A stretch of 64,000 nt of DNA from positions 119,846,001 to 119,910,000 of the forward strand of contig OZ024740.1 of assembly GCA_964016885.1 (NCBI GenBank), read 5' to 3'. Within the stretch, counting starts at the first letter, position 1. Each line of letters starts with the position of its first letter. Both the position numbers and the translations under genes were made by a program. Below, in pieces: positions 1 to 13,022 of this stretch. The notes beneath the pieces were generated by a model, which was not told the DNA's origin, made no database searches, and worked only from the letters and a program-made list of their open reading frames with translations. The DNA is from Eledone cirrhosa. Its lineage: Eukaryota.

Positions 1-1744
1 CATATGTAGTCAGTCATCTTCTTTGTTTTTACATGACGTACATTTAGCTTTGTTTTATTTCATAATCCTTATTAGAGATTCAGCAGCTCATCATACTGCT
101 TTCATCCTCCTCATTATGAGAAATATATTTAATCTTTTGATGTCTGTGCTTAATCTGAATCCTATATTCTTTATCATAAAGGAAAAAAACGAGAGAATTG
201 TCAACATTTTATTATTTTATTTCCACCACACCTTCTCGCCAGCAAGATCTGCTTGTCAGTATTAATCATAGTTAGAAGCCTTTTAGATGGTTTTACTCAT
301 GTCTCATGTTTCGATTATTTTTTTACTATTGTTCCTACCACCAACCATTTTAGAGGATTATTGGGTGAATTTTGTCATGGCACATGCATTAGAGATGTTG
401 TCACGTCCTCAGCATGACTTAAGAGTTCGTTGACAGACATTAAGTTTGTACATTTGCAAACCACATTACAGAGCTTACTGGGTTCATGTTATCATGACAC
501 ATACACCAAAGAGGCTTCCTTGTTTCTGGGAGTACTAAAGACTCCTCACTTCTCTATGTTTTCTCTGTTTGTTCACCAACACAACAGGGTTGTTTTATCC
601 CCAGGAAGACACTAATACATCTCTTAAGTAGCACATTTTTTCAGGCTACAATACTAATACCATTTCACTGCTATTGATACTATCCATTGTAACTCAGTAT
701 TATAATCATTAACAGTATGAATTATATATTAATTATGTGTTTCAGCATTGGAGTAACAGCTTTGTTCAACAACCAAGAGATTCTAGGTTTGATCTTACTG
801 TATTACACTTTGGGTGCTTTAGATTAAATAATATGTTAACAGAGAATTGTGGTGGATCTAAATTATGCAAAATTCCAACATATGTCTGTCTGTCTGTCTT
901 TCTATCTGTCTGTATGTTTGTCTGTATGTATGTATGTGTGCACGAATATATATGTGTGTGACATGCATTTATGAAAACATGTTTTATTAAAATGACATTT
1001 TGTCAGATTAACTGTTTTAAAATTACATAAATATATGGATGTACCATTGTAAGGAAACTTGCAGAAATATTTGAGAGAGAAGGATAAACAATGAATTGCA
1101 GTTGATGATGGGAACAAGACCAGCAATAAATATTTTGAGTTGAGGCAGAATGAAAGAGGTGTAATAGAAATAAATGCGGAAAGAAATAGAGAAAGGGGAA
1201 GATGAAGAAAGGTATGGTTAAAGATGATGGCAGAAGAAATGAAATTCAGAAGGTTAGTGAGGGAAAATGTAGACAATGAAGAAAAATAGAATGTGTGGCA
1301 AGTGACCTGCAAAGCTAACTTCTGCTTTGGCCTGAAGGGTGGCCTTCAAGTACTAGTAATTGTTTTACACTTTACTCAAGTGAAGTGAAAACTAATTTAA
1401 GAATTGTATCTCCCCAAAATTAAATGAAGCTCAGGAAAAGATTTAATATTTGTCATTACACTGGCAAGTATCACCTTGAAGAGATTAAATCACAGGACTT
1501 TCCATAGACTGTTAATAAGAATCAAACTGACTCGTTTCATCTTTCATTAAGGACAGCTGCATTTTGGTTTGGTAGTTTAGAAGACAGAATTATCAATCCC
1601 TAATGCATCTAGTTAATTCAATCTTCAGTCTTTGCTACTAACAGGCCTATGGTGTAACCACAAAGCTTAATTTCATAGCAAGACAAAATTAATGCAGAAT
1701 AAATATATATGTATGACATATTTAATCATACTCATGTGGTATTA

Positions 1745-2070
1745 TCATCATTATCATCGTTTTTATGACTGATTTTCCACACTTATATCGGATGGACAGG
1801 CTATTTTCAGTACAGCATCTTTTCAGTGATGCATTCCTGTGCCATCTCCTCTGTCAGTCTCAACAATTTGCAATCAACACTCAACAGCTGTACCCATATC
1901 GTTCTTACTCTAACTTTACAGAGGATTTATTCCACTGAGATTTCCTGGTACTTCTTCAACAAGCAATCATCATCCATGTGCATCACATGTCCATATTAAC
2001 ACAGTCTTCTCTGTTGCAACCTCTTCAGATTCGTCTTAAACCCAGTTTCTCCCCCAGTTCATCTAAGCTC
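1745..2070 (-). mobile_element. Decayed RTE 3' end
   Basis: (CAT)n-CGTTT tail plus antisense RRLC..GHVM-like segment. Confidence 0.5.
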
Positions 2071-5000
2071 TCGGCAGTAATGATTTCCTGGAGATTAGGA
2101 AGATTGTGAGATTATATTGATATACTTAAAAATTATTCCTGAGCAGTGAGACATCATTTGCTAAATGTTCTAAAGATGTTACCATTGCAGTTTTAATCTA
2201 AACATAAATCTGCTCATATCCATTTACCTTTTAGTAGAGTCAAATATTTTGTTTTAAGCTGGATCAACTAATATGGATAAAAATCATTATCATAATGGAA
2301 GGATCAAAAAGTAAAGACTAAATAATTTAGAATTCAGATCAATATCAATAACAACAATAATAATAGCATTAATGTTGGCGATGATGATAATCAAAATAAT
2401 CAAAATATATTCAAAAGGCTTTAATCTTTCAAAATATAAAATACAACCATCAGTAAATCTATTTAATAAAAATCTGCTTTTATTTCAAACATTTATCACT
2501 ACTTTGTGAAGATATTATTATTTTTTTTTTACCAAACAATCCTTTTAAATATAAATATATATATGGTATATTTTTCTGTCATTCCTTTGGTTTCTAACTG
2601 ACTCGTCTATTCCCAGTAAAAACAAAGATAACATTTCAATGATATATTTCATTAAATATGGCTATAAAATTGCTCGTAAAGATAAGCCATTACGTTAATG
2701 ATCCATTAAGGGACATACATTTTTGAGGTGTCACATAATCTACATGACAATCAAAATTATCTAACTCCCCAAGAGATATGGTATATATGTATTTTTTATT
2801 AATACAATATGACAATATAAAACACAATTAAATTAGATTTTTGCATCACTGTATAATGGTCTTTTATTTCCTCATGTCATATATATTCCATTTTTATTCC
2901 CTTCTAGATTCTGTTGAATGGCTCATCAAATCTATATGTTTGTGTATTCATTGTTACAGCAAGTGTTTTACATGTATGCTCATTTTAATGTCTAGAATCC
3001 AGAATTAAAAGAGTTACTATTGTTCTTCTTGGGTATCAGTGGCATTTTCATTGTTACTGTTGTCATTGGTGGTGGCATTGTTGTTTATCTTTGGAAGGTT
3101 ATCAAATAGCTCTAAAAATTAAAATTTTATTTACAAATTATTTCCTGCAATAGAAACACTTTGACCCTTTTATTACCCTATTTCTAATGAAAGACGCTAC
3201 CTATAATTTTCTAATCATTTTGAAAATAATCAAGTATTTTGAGGCATTTAGTCATCATCGTTGTGACTTCAGTTGAACATTCCTGACACAGTCTATCTGC
3301 AAGTCATCATTTTTCATTACTCCATGCAACTTCTCCCTACTGAGATTTGTATTGTCTGAGAGTTGATCAATGGAGGCTTCAGCAAGTCTTCTTCTAATGC
3401 ATCTCCTGTGAGTTGGTTCTCACAATAGTAGCTTGTGTATAACTCCCTGCTTACCTCTCCAGTAATCAGGTGCAAATCATAACCATTTTGAGCAATTGTA
3501 GTTGTTATCTTTGGACACGCTTTCATATTAACTTCTATTTATAATAATCTTTTCATTAGTAATATAACTAATTTTCTCATTAGTCAGCTGGTATTTGCAG
3601 CACAGCTTAAAACATGTTTGTACTTTAGAAGAAAATAAACACTGGGCATAGTTTCAAGTGGCTATCAAAAGAGTTAAGGACATTATAGATATTTTCTATT
3701 GACAGAAATTTTCACAGAGTTTTCTTAAATAAAAACGTCAAATCTCATTATAAGAACCTGTTTTTTTCTTCATGGAATGAAAGTAAATATAAATATCAAT
3801 AAAACTAGAATCTGAAATTGCAATTTTTTTTTATTGTAAAACATTTATAGTGAATATTTTATATAACATGTCTAGTGAATACGTCAATAAAGGAATTGTC
3901 AGGTGTTAGAAAGAAAGCATTTAAATAAATAATTATTCATACATTCTTGCTTAATTTAAGTTTTTATCTGGTTGAATAACTCAAGTAAGGACAGTTTTAC
4001 ACAACTATAGATATACGCAGATGCAATGTTATTGATTAAATAGCAAATGAAATATACTCAGAAAGGAGTATTAGCTGTGAGTAAAATTATATATCAGAAT
4101 GCAAATAAAAACCTGTTATAAAATACATGGTGTTTCCGAAATAGATATTTCATAGAATTTGGTTTTGTTGAAATCTATTTCAAATGTGATAGAAAATGTT
4201 ATAGCTACAATATGCAGTTGTTATAAAAGTTTTAAAATCAAAATCATCATCTATTTTGAAATAGAATACATTAATAACTATAAAAAGGATTAAATATAGA
4301 AATAAAATGACATGGAATCCTGAGATATCTTAGTTTTACTGACATTGAAAATGTACATGACTGCATTATTCTATTTTGAAAGACTGATTTTTCCAATGAA
4401 ATTGTAATTGAGCTATTGTTTTTCAATGTCAGATTATTCCTTATTGAACGTAACCATGTTCAAAGACATTCCAGCTGTGTTCATCCAATTTCTTAAAATC
4501 TCAGTCATGATGATAAATCCTCCATTGGTTCCAGCAGTAAACATTCAATTGTTTGATCAAAATTAATTCATGAATTAATGAATATGTGGTTGAATATTCC
4601 TGAGAAACATATAACCATAACATAATTCCCAAGCTGGATTAGCATTACCCAATATGTGACAAGGTTCTACTTTTGAATTACAGATACATTCCCTGCGATG
4701 GCATCCACACAGTTTCTATCCACCCAATTTCACTCATGATTTATCCAATGTATTCTTCCTGTTTTAAGAAGGTAGGTTTGATTTGGAGGAAATATAGCTG
4801 CTACATTCAAATCTAGACGTTTCCTTGTGAATTTGTTTACAAGTGAATTTGTTTATTTGATGATTATTAAATAATTCTGAATCTTTTAATCAAATTTCCT
4901 TTACTTCACTGTTATTATTTTATAAAGAAAGCCTAACGATATCATAATTGTATATTACTCATAATTCCTTTTTCACTTTCATTAATCAATTTGCTATTTT

Positions 5001-8000
5001 TATTTCTGATGGGACATGTGACAACATGCTGACCAATTTGAAATTTAATTGCTACACATTCCAGTAAAACTGTCATGTAAGTATTGCTATTTTGATTTAA
5101 ACTATCATTTCAACTTATTTATGTATGATAACATATACACAACAATAAATGAAAAGTAGGATTATTAATGCCATGATGCGATTTCTCTACTAAATGAATT
5201 TAACTAAAATAATCTTATGTTATATACACATTTTATTAAAGCTAGATTTTAATTTCTCTATGAACACCTGCTGGCTGCTGACACTTTTATACAATATAGA
5301 TTCCTGACAAATGTATAGAACAATGTATATCTTCATTCATTTTCTGCTCATATTTGTCTTGCATTACCAAGGATATTGACTTCTTATAGTTATGCTTAAA
5401 ACCAATTTTGGTTGATTGACACTCTGTAAAACAGTAGAGCTGGTGCCATGATAAAATACCCCAAGTACATTCTGTATATTGATTGGCATTAAGAAAGGCA
5501 TGCAGCCATAGAAATCATGTCAAATATGAAACATGGATCTCCAACCAGTCTAGTTTTAGATTATGATGACCTGTCTAATCAATGCCTGCTGAAATGATGA
5601 TCATCATCATCACCATCACGAAGAATCAATGTGAGTATACTGTGTATATTAGTTTCTTATCCAGGTTCAATGAAAAAGAAACATTTCTTGTACGATTTGA
5701 CACAGAATCTAAAAGAACAAAACTTATAAGACATTCATTTTGACATACTCCCCATTCTGCCAATTCTACAAATCTTGCTAAACAAAATATTTAAAATAAA
5801 TTACTTTGTAGATAAACTTTGTGATACCAACACTATCTTCTTCTTCTTCTTCATGAGATTCTGGTAGAGGCAGAATCCTCTGTTGGCTATATTATAAAAT
5901 TGAATGCTTATAATTTATTCATAACACTGATGCATGCTACACAAGGCTTTGCTTTCATGTCATAACCAGTGGGTATAATCATTTTCTAAAAGTTTCATAC
6001 TACTTTTCCAGAACAATATTTCTCATTAGTTGTTGAGATTTTACAAATCGTAATCCTAGTATGTCCACAAAAAGGGCAGTGCCAAAAATAAATAAATAAA
6101 ATAAAATTTGAAAGAATAACTTCAACCAAGTTGCCTTTTCACTTTTCATTTTAACTAGCTAGAATGATAACTAGCAAATGATATAGCTTAACAGAAGATT
6201 GGTCACCATCAGAAATATTGGCTCTAGATATACTGATTGAAGGCAAATAACTTTTTCAATGGTGTCCCAAAGACTCATTGAAGATATTTCACAAAGAAGG
6301 CATAAAAATTGTTGTTGTTGCTTCTTCATCTTTATCAGACTCCCAGCTTTAGAGAGTTATTTAGTTTCATTTCTTCAACTTCATATGGAAGATCAACATT
6401 CCTAGTATATTCTTTACTCACCAACAAACACACAGTCTCTCTCTCTCTTTCTCATTTTCTATTCTACTCTTTAGTTAATATGTCACAACAGAAATACTAC
6501 AAAATGCTTCCAGCATGTTTTTTTTCTCTTAAATATATAACGTCTTCCTGAAGATTGTATAGCTCCTTGAGAACACAGGAAGCAGATTGTTATATTCTTT
6601 CTTCTTGAAATCATAAAAGAAAAAGAAAACTGAAGCATACCTCAGCTGAAAATTACATCATAATTTCCCCAAAGCTATGAACCATAACTGTTTTTCTCAG
6701 GAACAAAATTCATGATATTCCCCACCCACTTGATAAACATTGCCAAAGTGAATGACATAGACTGTGGATTCTATTTTCATAAATAGTATTCTACAGAGTA
6801 TAGTTTTCTATATATAAAAGGTGATTCTTCTGCCTACAGCTACATAAATGATATAAACGTTATTTTGAAAATACTAAAATAAAATAGCATTAATGTAGCT
6901 TGGGGTGATGAAATATTGATTTCTTGTGAGTGGCTACATGGATTCAGCTTATATATATATATTATGAAAGAAGGAAGGGAAGCACCTTTGGCATTCATGA
7001 CTGTCAAAGACTGGCATGATCCATACAGCTAATATTCAGTTTGAAATTGTGTAGGTTGATGACTATATGAAAATTGCAGTGATCTACAATTCTAGCAAGA
7101 AATGATTGAACAAACTGTTTACTTCAAGGTATTTAACAGGAATGATGGGGGAATAACCTGGTGCATTTATTAAACTAGAACACAAGTGTTACATAGCTTG
7201 CTTGAATAGAAAAACAAATGTCATTATCGTAGACACAGACATGGCTGTATGATTAAGGAGTTCATTTTGTAACAACGTGGTTCGGGATTCAGTTACACTG
7301 AATTGCCGAATGACTCACATTAATCAAAGAAATACTATACTTGGTGACTAAAAGTTAGAAATAAAACAAAAAAGAAAAGAATACATTATGGTGATGGCTG
7401 AAATAGGTTATGTTTTTTTACTGTTTTGTCAATGACACATTTCAGGGCTCTTGAGGATGAAAGGGAAGAAGGTGTCCTAAAATTAGAGACCTGGTCTGAA
7501 TGTTAACAAGAGTGTGGATTCTGTTGAAGGCACCAAGTGTCAGTTTGTCGTGATAAACTCAGATGCTCTAAAACTTCCAACAATCTACTACCCTGGACTA
7601 GTACTTGATTTTACCAACACCAGAAAGATGAAAGTCAGATTTTACCTCAGCAAGACTTCAATTTAATATGCAAAAAGCGGAAACAAATATCACAAATTAT
7701 TTTACTCTATTTTTTAATGATTCTGCCTATTTATTGCATGCTCAATAAATGCTAAGCTGGAGTTAAAAAGCAATATATGATCATAAAGTAAGGACAGCTA
7801 AAAATATTTTGATTTCACAAAGGTTTATTAATTAAAAAAACCATAACACTTTTTGTTTTAATGATCATCATCATAATCATCTTTGTTAAGAATATTAGTA
7901 TGGGCTTATTGATTTTATTTGTGTTTATGTATTTCATATTTAGAAATAATTGATGGAGGAGGGTTAGAGGAGGGTTATAATTCTTTCTTCAAAAAGTTTT

Positions 8001-8546
8001 GAAGTCTAAGTATAGCAAAAAGAAAATGTAGTTCATCCATAATCCCATAACTAATTTCATTTTTTTCCAAATAGTTCTGTTAGCAGAGTGAAATGAGGCT
8101 GACAGTGAAATTCAGAGAAATAATATATTGAATAAGTAGCTTCTTTCTATTTATTAAAACATTTTAATGGACTATTTTTTCTAGTGGCAATTTAATATAT
8201 TTTGCAGAACTACTTCATGTAGTTATTGGTCTATTTTTTTTATATTCTGTTTACATTTACTTTGACAACAATTATCTATGAAGCATAAGACATTCAAATT
8301 GAATTACATCTATTTAACAAATTACTGTTGCATGTTCTACAGTAATTTCATTTCCAACACAATCTTTTTCTAAAATTATAAATCTTTTATCCACATGCGT
8401 AATTAATCATTTTAGTTTAAATAATTTTCTTCTCTGTTTTGAAATAACAAAAATGGTCTTACTTAGTTCTAAGTTCAATACTGTGATGTTTGCAGACATT
8501 ATAGCAATAATAAATATTTGCATACTTAATAATTTGTATAATTAAG

Positions 8547-10570
8547 AGGTGTCTTTCCAGATCCAAGCCACCCGGCACACACGAATCAGCCAGAGAATAC
8601 CTTCTCAAGTTAAGGCTTTTAACATCTCACACCTTATTTGATCCTCCTCAGTGGCCTTGCCACATTTGTGTTCTTTAATTGCTCTTGTGACCTCAGCCTC
8701 CAAGAGATAAGTTACCACTCCCAGATGCACCTCATATACATCAGAAGATGCTGTTGTAATTGGATTTAGATCAGCAAATTATTCTCTCTACCTCGAGAGA
8801 ATGCACCTCTCTGAGGAGGGGAGAACTCCAGATACATTCCTGATAGCAAGTGTGGAGGAGGACTTCTTATTATGAAGTCAGTGGATGGTCTGCCAGAAAA
8901 ATGTATTCAATGATCTGAAGTCGTATTCAAGCTTAATCCCAAAGTCCTCCCATCTCTTAAATTTGAATGCCTTTACTGGTTCTGTTGCAATTTTTGTGCC
9001 TACTTGTACTGCGAGTGCAAGGAGGAGTAATTTCCAAGCCAAGCATCATAGGCTTCCTTCTTTGCTCGGATGGCATATTTGATCTCATGACTGAACTAAG
9101 GGATCCTCCCACCATTCAGCACCAAGCAGAGCCTCTTTTGCTTGCAGCACTTAACAGCTGAAGCAGAAACTGCTGAGCTAAACATTCTTCACTTTGTCTC
9201 AATGTCCTCTGTTTTCTCAGGGAGTTCTCTGAATTTGGATACAATAGTGTCTGCATGCCTGGTCATGACTTTCTTATCCACCAACGATTCTGACTTCATC
9301 CTGTTAGTTACCTTGGACCTGCCAGTTTTGTGGGCTTCATTGAATTTAGGTATTCTCAAGTTGCAGATAACTATATCGTGATCAGTTGATAGCTCAGCCC
9401 CTCTCTTAACATGAACATCTGGCACAGTATCAAAGAGGTCAGAGACAATAACAAAATCAATTATTGATCTCTGTCCCTGATTCCCCTTATACCATGTATA
9501 TTTAGGGATGTCTCTCTGTGGGAAGATGTTCATAAAAGAGAGTCCATTGCTAGAACAGAAGTCTAATAAGTACTTAGATTGAGGGTCCACTTTATTTTCA
9601 ATCACTCCTTTCTATGTCAGGTGGTCAGTGCGAACAAACATGTGCATTGATGTCTCCCGTCAGGATATATGACTCAGTCATAATCTAATGCTGCAGTGAC
9701 ATCAAGGAAGGATCTGTATTCAGACTCCTTATTTGGTGCATAAACTTGCACCACTCATAGGACCTATCTTTCAGCCTATAATTCAAGAGCCAAATCCTCT
9801 CTCCCAATAGGATCGAGTACATAACACATTTTGACAGCCAGGGGCTTGTGAGTATCCCAACTTCTGCCTGTGCAGTCATTTCTGGTGCTACAGCTAATAA
9901 GTGGAGTTTCCATCCTCCATCCACATTTTACAGTATCAGATCCACATAACTTTGTTGAGGAAATCCCAAATATATCTAGTCGGTAGCATCTAGCCTCCTC
10001 CACTAGTTTCTGCTCCTTACATGTTCTAAGTCCCAATTGTCAAGGTTTGCTCTCTTCCAAACTCTCTTTGTGATCTTGGGATACACAATCCTTGTGTGTC
10101 ACTCCACGCCTCCCAGGACCGGTCACAGACTCATTGCCAAATGAAAAGGTGACGGCAATATATATTTTTTAACAGGTCCCTCTACCTAAGGGCTGAACAT
10201 GTCCCTTGTTGACCAACACAAAGGACGATGTGGTATGGTTCTTTCTCATACCTCTCACCCTATTGCAGTTTTGGTAGTCTTATTCACACCAGTCACAAAT
10301 CTGGTATTTTCTCAAACCTGCGAAGACTAGGCTATTTTAGCGGTGGCCATTAATCACCTCATCATAGTTACATCACTGGGTCATGGGAGTTTTCTTGGAT
10401 GCTACAGATGTTACACATTGCTCCATCTCCCTGAGCAATTTACCACTGTTGGTCCTGGGTTGCTTTTTCATCTGGCAGCTGCTTGCTTCCATTGCAACTA
10501 ACCATCATATCTGGTGTCTGTAACGCTATCTGCCACCTGGGACCCATTCTCTAGCAGACCAGCTCTACCT
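8547..10570 (-). pseudogene. Inverted 5' half of a decayed RTE (Expander/Rex3-like) LINE: probable 5' UTR, APE endonuclease and RT start
   Basis: LVEEARCYRLDIFGISSTK, KYTWY..GQRSIIDFVIVS..VKRGAELSTDH, then GKATEEDQIRCEMLKAL..ILWLIRVCRVAW, ending at GKTP near 8547. Confidence 0.82.
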
Positions 10571-11130
10571 GAAAGGCACCTAAGCAATGGCAATTGGGAG
10601 TGATAATCCTAATTTTCAAAAAGGGAGACAAGAGTGATTGTTCTAATCTCTCTTATTAAAACTCTCCCGTAAAGTCTATGCTAAGTATCTGACTAAGAGA
10701 TGTAGGGAGAAGTAGGTTCTAAGCTAGCTGTTGAACAGTGTAATTTTCACCCTCGATGCACTGCAGCTGACTACACTGTGACAGGTCTTCGAGAAATTGT
10801 AGCTTAGCAGCCAGAGACTCATTCCAGGTAGAGCCACTTCTTCTTTGGATTGAGAGATCACAGCTCTGATACTATGGGTATGTAGTGAGAATGTCTGAGG
10901 AAAAATTTGCTGGACAGATTTTACTGTCAAAACCAACTGGTAGGAGACTAAAGGGTAGATGATTGTATAACATCCATGAGCTTGGCTGGTCAGGCTTGGC
11001 GATCCAGCCAGATCAGTTGGAGAAGGTTGCTTCTGACAGGACCCATTGGAAGAAGTGTTTGAAAACTTTTCCACTACGACCCTCTAGGAAGAAGGAGAAG
11101 AAGAAGAAGGAGGAGGAGGAGGAGGAGAAG
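10571..11130 (+). pseudogene. Sense 3' half of the same RTE, internally deleted, with (GAA/GAG)n tail
   Basis: KAPKQWQLGVIILIFKKGD..KVYAK, later IHELGWSGLAIQPDQLEKVASDRTHWKKCLKTFPLRP, then a purine-triplet tail. Confidence 0.75.
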
Positions 11131-12212
11131 ATTTTTGTTATTATGTATACTGGATATTATTTCACAATATTTTATTGCTCCATATGTTTTCAATCAATTG
11201 TTAATATTTTCTCTTTTCAAAATGTATTTTTGCCCATTTTTCTAAGCTGAAGAAGAGATTAGTATTGGAGGAGAGTTGTCATTTTCTTACTGCCACCTCT
11301 AAAATGAATGGATCAAATTCAAAGATATTTTCAAATTATTGTTTTAAAAATATACTTTTTGCTATGCAAATGGGAGAATCAAAATTCAATACATGGACAG
11401 AGTGATATAAATTTTATTATAACTGTGAGCCTCTATTAGTAATTTGAGAGCCAGGAACTTGGGGCTTAAGTGCAATTAATAAACTAACTTTGAATATATA
11501 TATGTATTTAAAGCTAGTTTGAAATTTTATACTTAAGTACAAAGCCTGGCTCTCCAGTCATACACACTCATTAAATGATGATGCGCTTTTCTCTCCTTTC
11601 ATTGTGCTAATATCAGCAACAACAACGCTACCAACACCAACATCAACCTTATCAGAGTGGTCAGAGATGCGGGCTAAAATGATGGTAATGTTACAATACT
11701 ATCACCAAAAATAACATTCAAGACCTGAAGTCTGGCATCAGTAACAGCTAATCCTGCCATTTGCACCAACAATATTATCACCATAACACAGCTGGAAAAG
11801 ATTGAAACAAGTTCTTAGGAGAATATGGTACAAGAGACTTTTAATGTTCAAATAATATATAGACAAGGATACAATTACCAGAAGCTAAATACATTTTTAT
11901 AGCCTTCAAAGGCTTTCTGGATTCTATTAACAAGCTACTAAGGTAGAAATTGAGAGGGTAAAATCATAAATAGTAGGTGGGGACTTAGAGAATAATCTTT
12001 AAGAAAAATCTGCTAAACTGTTTGTGAATGGCAGAATTGGGACTGTACATTTCACTACCTGTTAACTGTTTGTCACAAAGCATGGTACAGGCGGTGAAAT
12101 GGTGTTTAAATTCAATATAAGCTGCTGAAATATTTGATACTATGTCTAGCAGCACAAGAGGTGTGTTGCCAGGCTTTTGTATTCAATATAGTATTGTGCA
12201 TCATAGCTTACA

Positions 12213-13022
12213 AGTTGGCCAAGTCATTAGAACATGGGATAGAAAACGTTGTGTTATTTGTTCCAGCTCTCTGTTCTCTCAGTTCAAATTCCACCAAGGT
12301 AAACTTTGCCTTTCATCTTTTTGGGATTGATAAAAAGTACCAGTCTAGTACTAAAGTTGATTATTCTTTTATGTATCTTTCTTACTTCCTCTTTCTCCCT
12401 TTCTATCCTTCTCTGGAACAAATCTACACTTTTCCAGTCCTGGAGAGGGATTGGCTCTGCCAGGCTTAAAATGTCCTAGAAATGCCATATGCCACTAACA
12501 TGCCTCTAAGACTACATCAGGAATCACAGAGCTATGCATGTATGCATAATACTGCATGCCAGACTTGTGTTCGTCTATTATGGCAGATGAGTATTTTGAA
12601 TAACAGCAGAATGAAAGAGTCTCCAGTTGTGTGAATTGGGAATTACTGGGATTGTTGAGGAAGGACATGAGTAATAGGTTGTTTCCTTTGTCTGGCATGG
12701 TCCCATAACTCCTGGTGGAGTCGTAGAAGCATCATAGTGGCATATAGTGTTTCTGGGGCACTTTAAGCCTGGAGGAGCCCATCCCTCTCCATGTCTGAAT
12801 ATAATAGATTTCTCCCAGAGAAGGATAGAAAGTGAGAGAGAGGAAGTGAGAAAGAGATATAGAGAAATAACGGACCTTGGTACTAGATTGATACTTTTTT
12901 ATCATCTTTGAAAGGATGAGGGGGCAAAGTTGACCTCAACAGGATTTGAACTGAGAGAGAGCAGAGAGTTAGAACAAATACCACAAAGCACTCTATCTGA
13001 CATTCTAATGATTCAGCCAATT
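12213..13022. repeat. Tail-to-tail inverted pair of extended SINE-A-derived elements
   Basis: 12213-~12540 aligns with the reverse complement of ~12695-13022 over the SINE head/core plus a ~170-bp extension. Confidence 0.8.
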
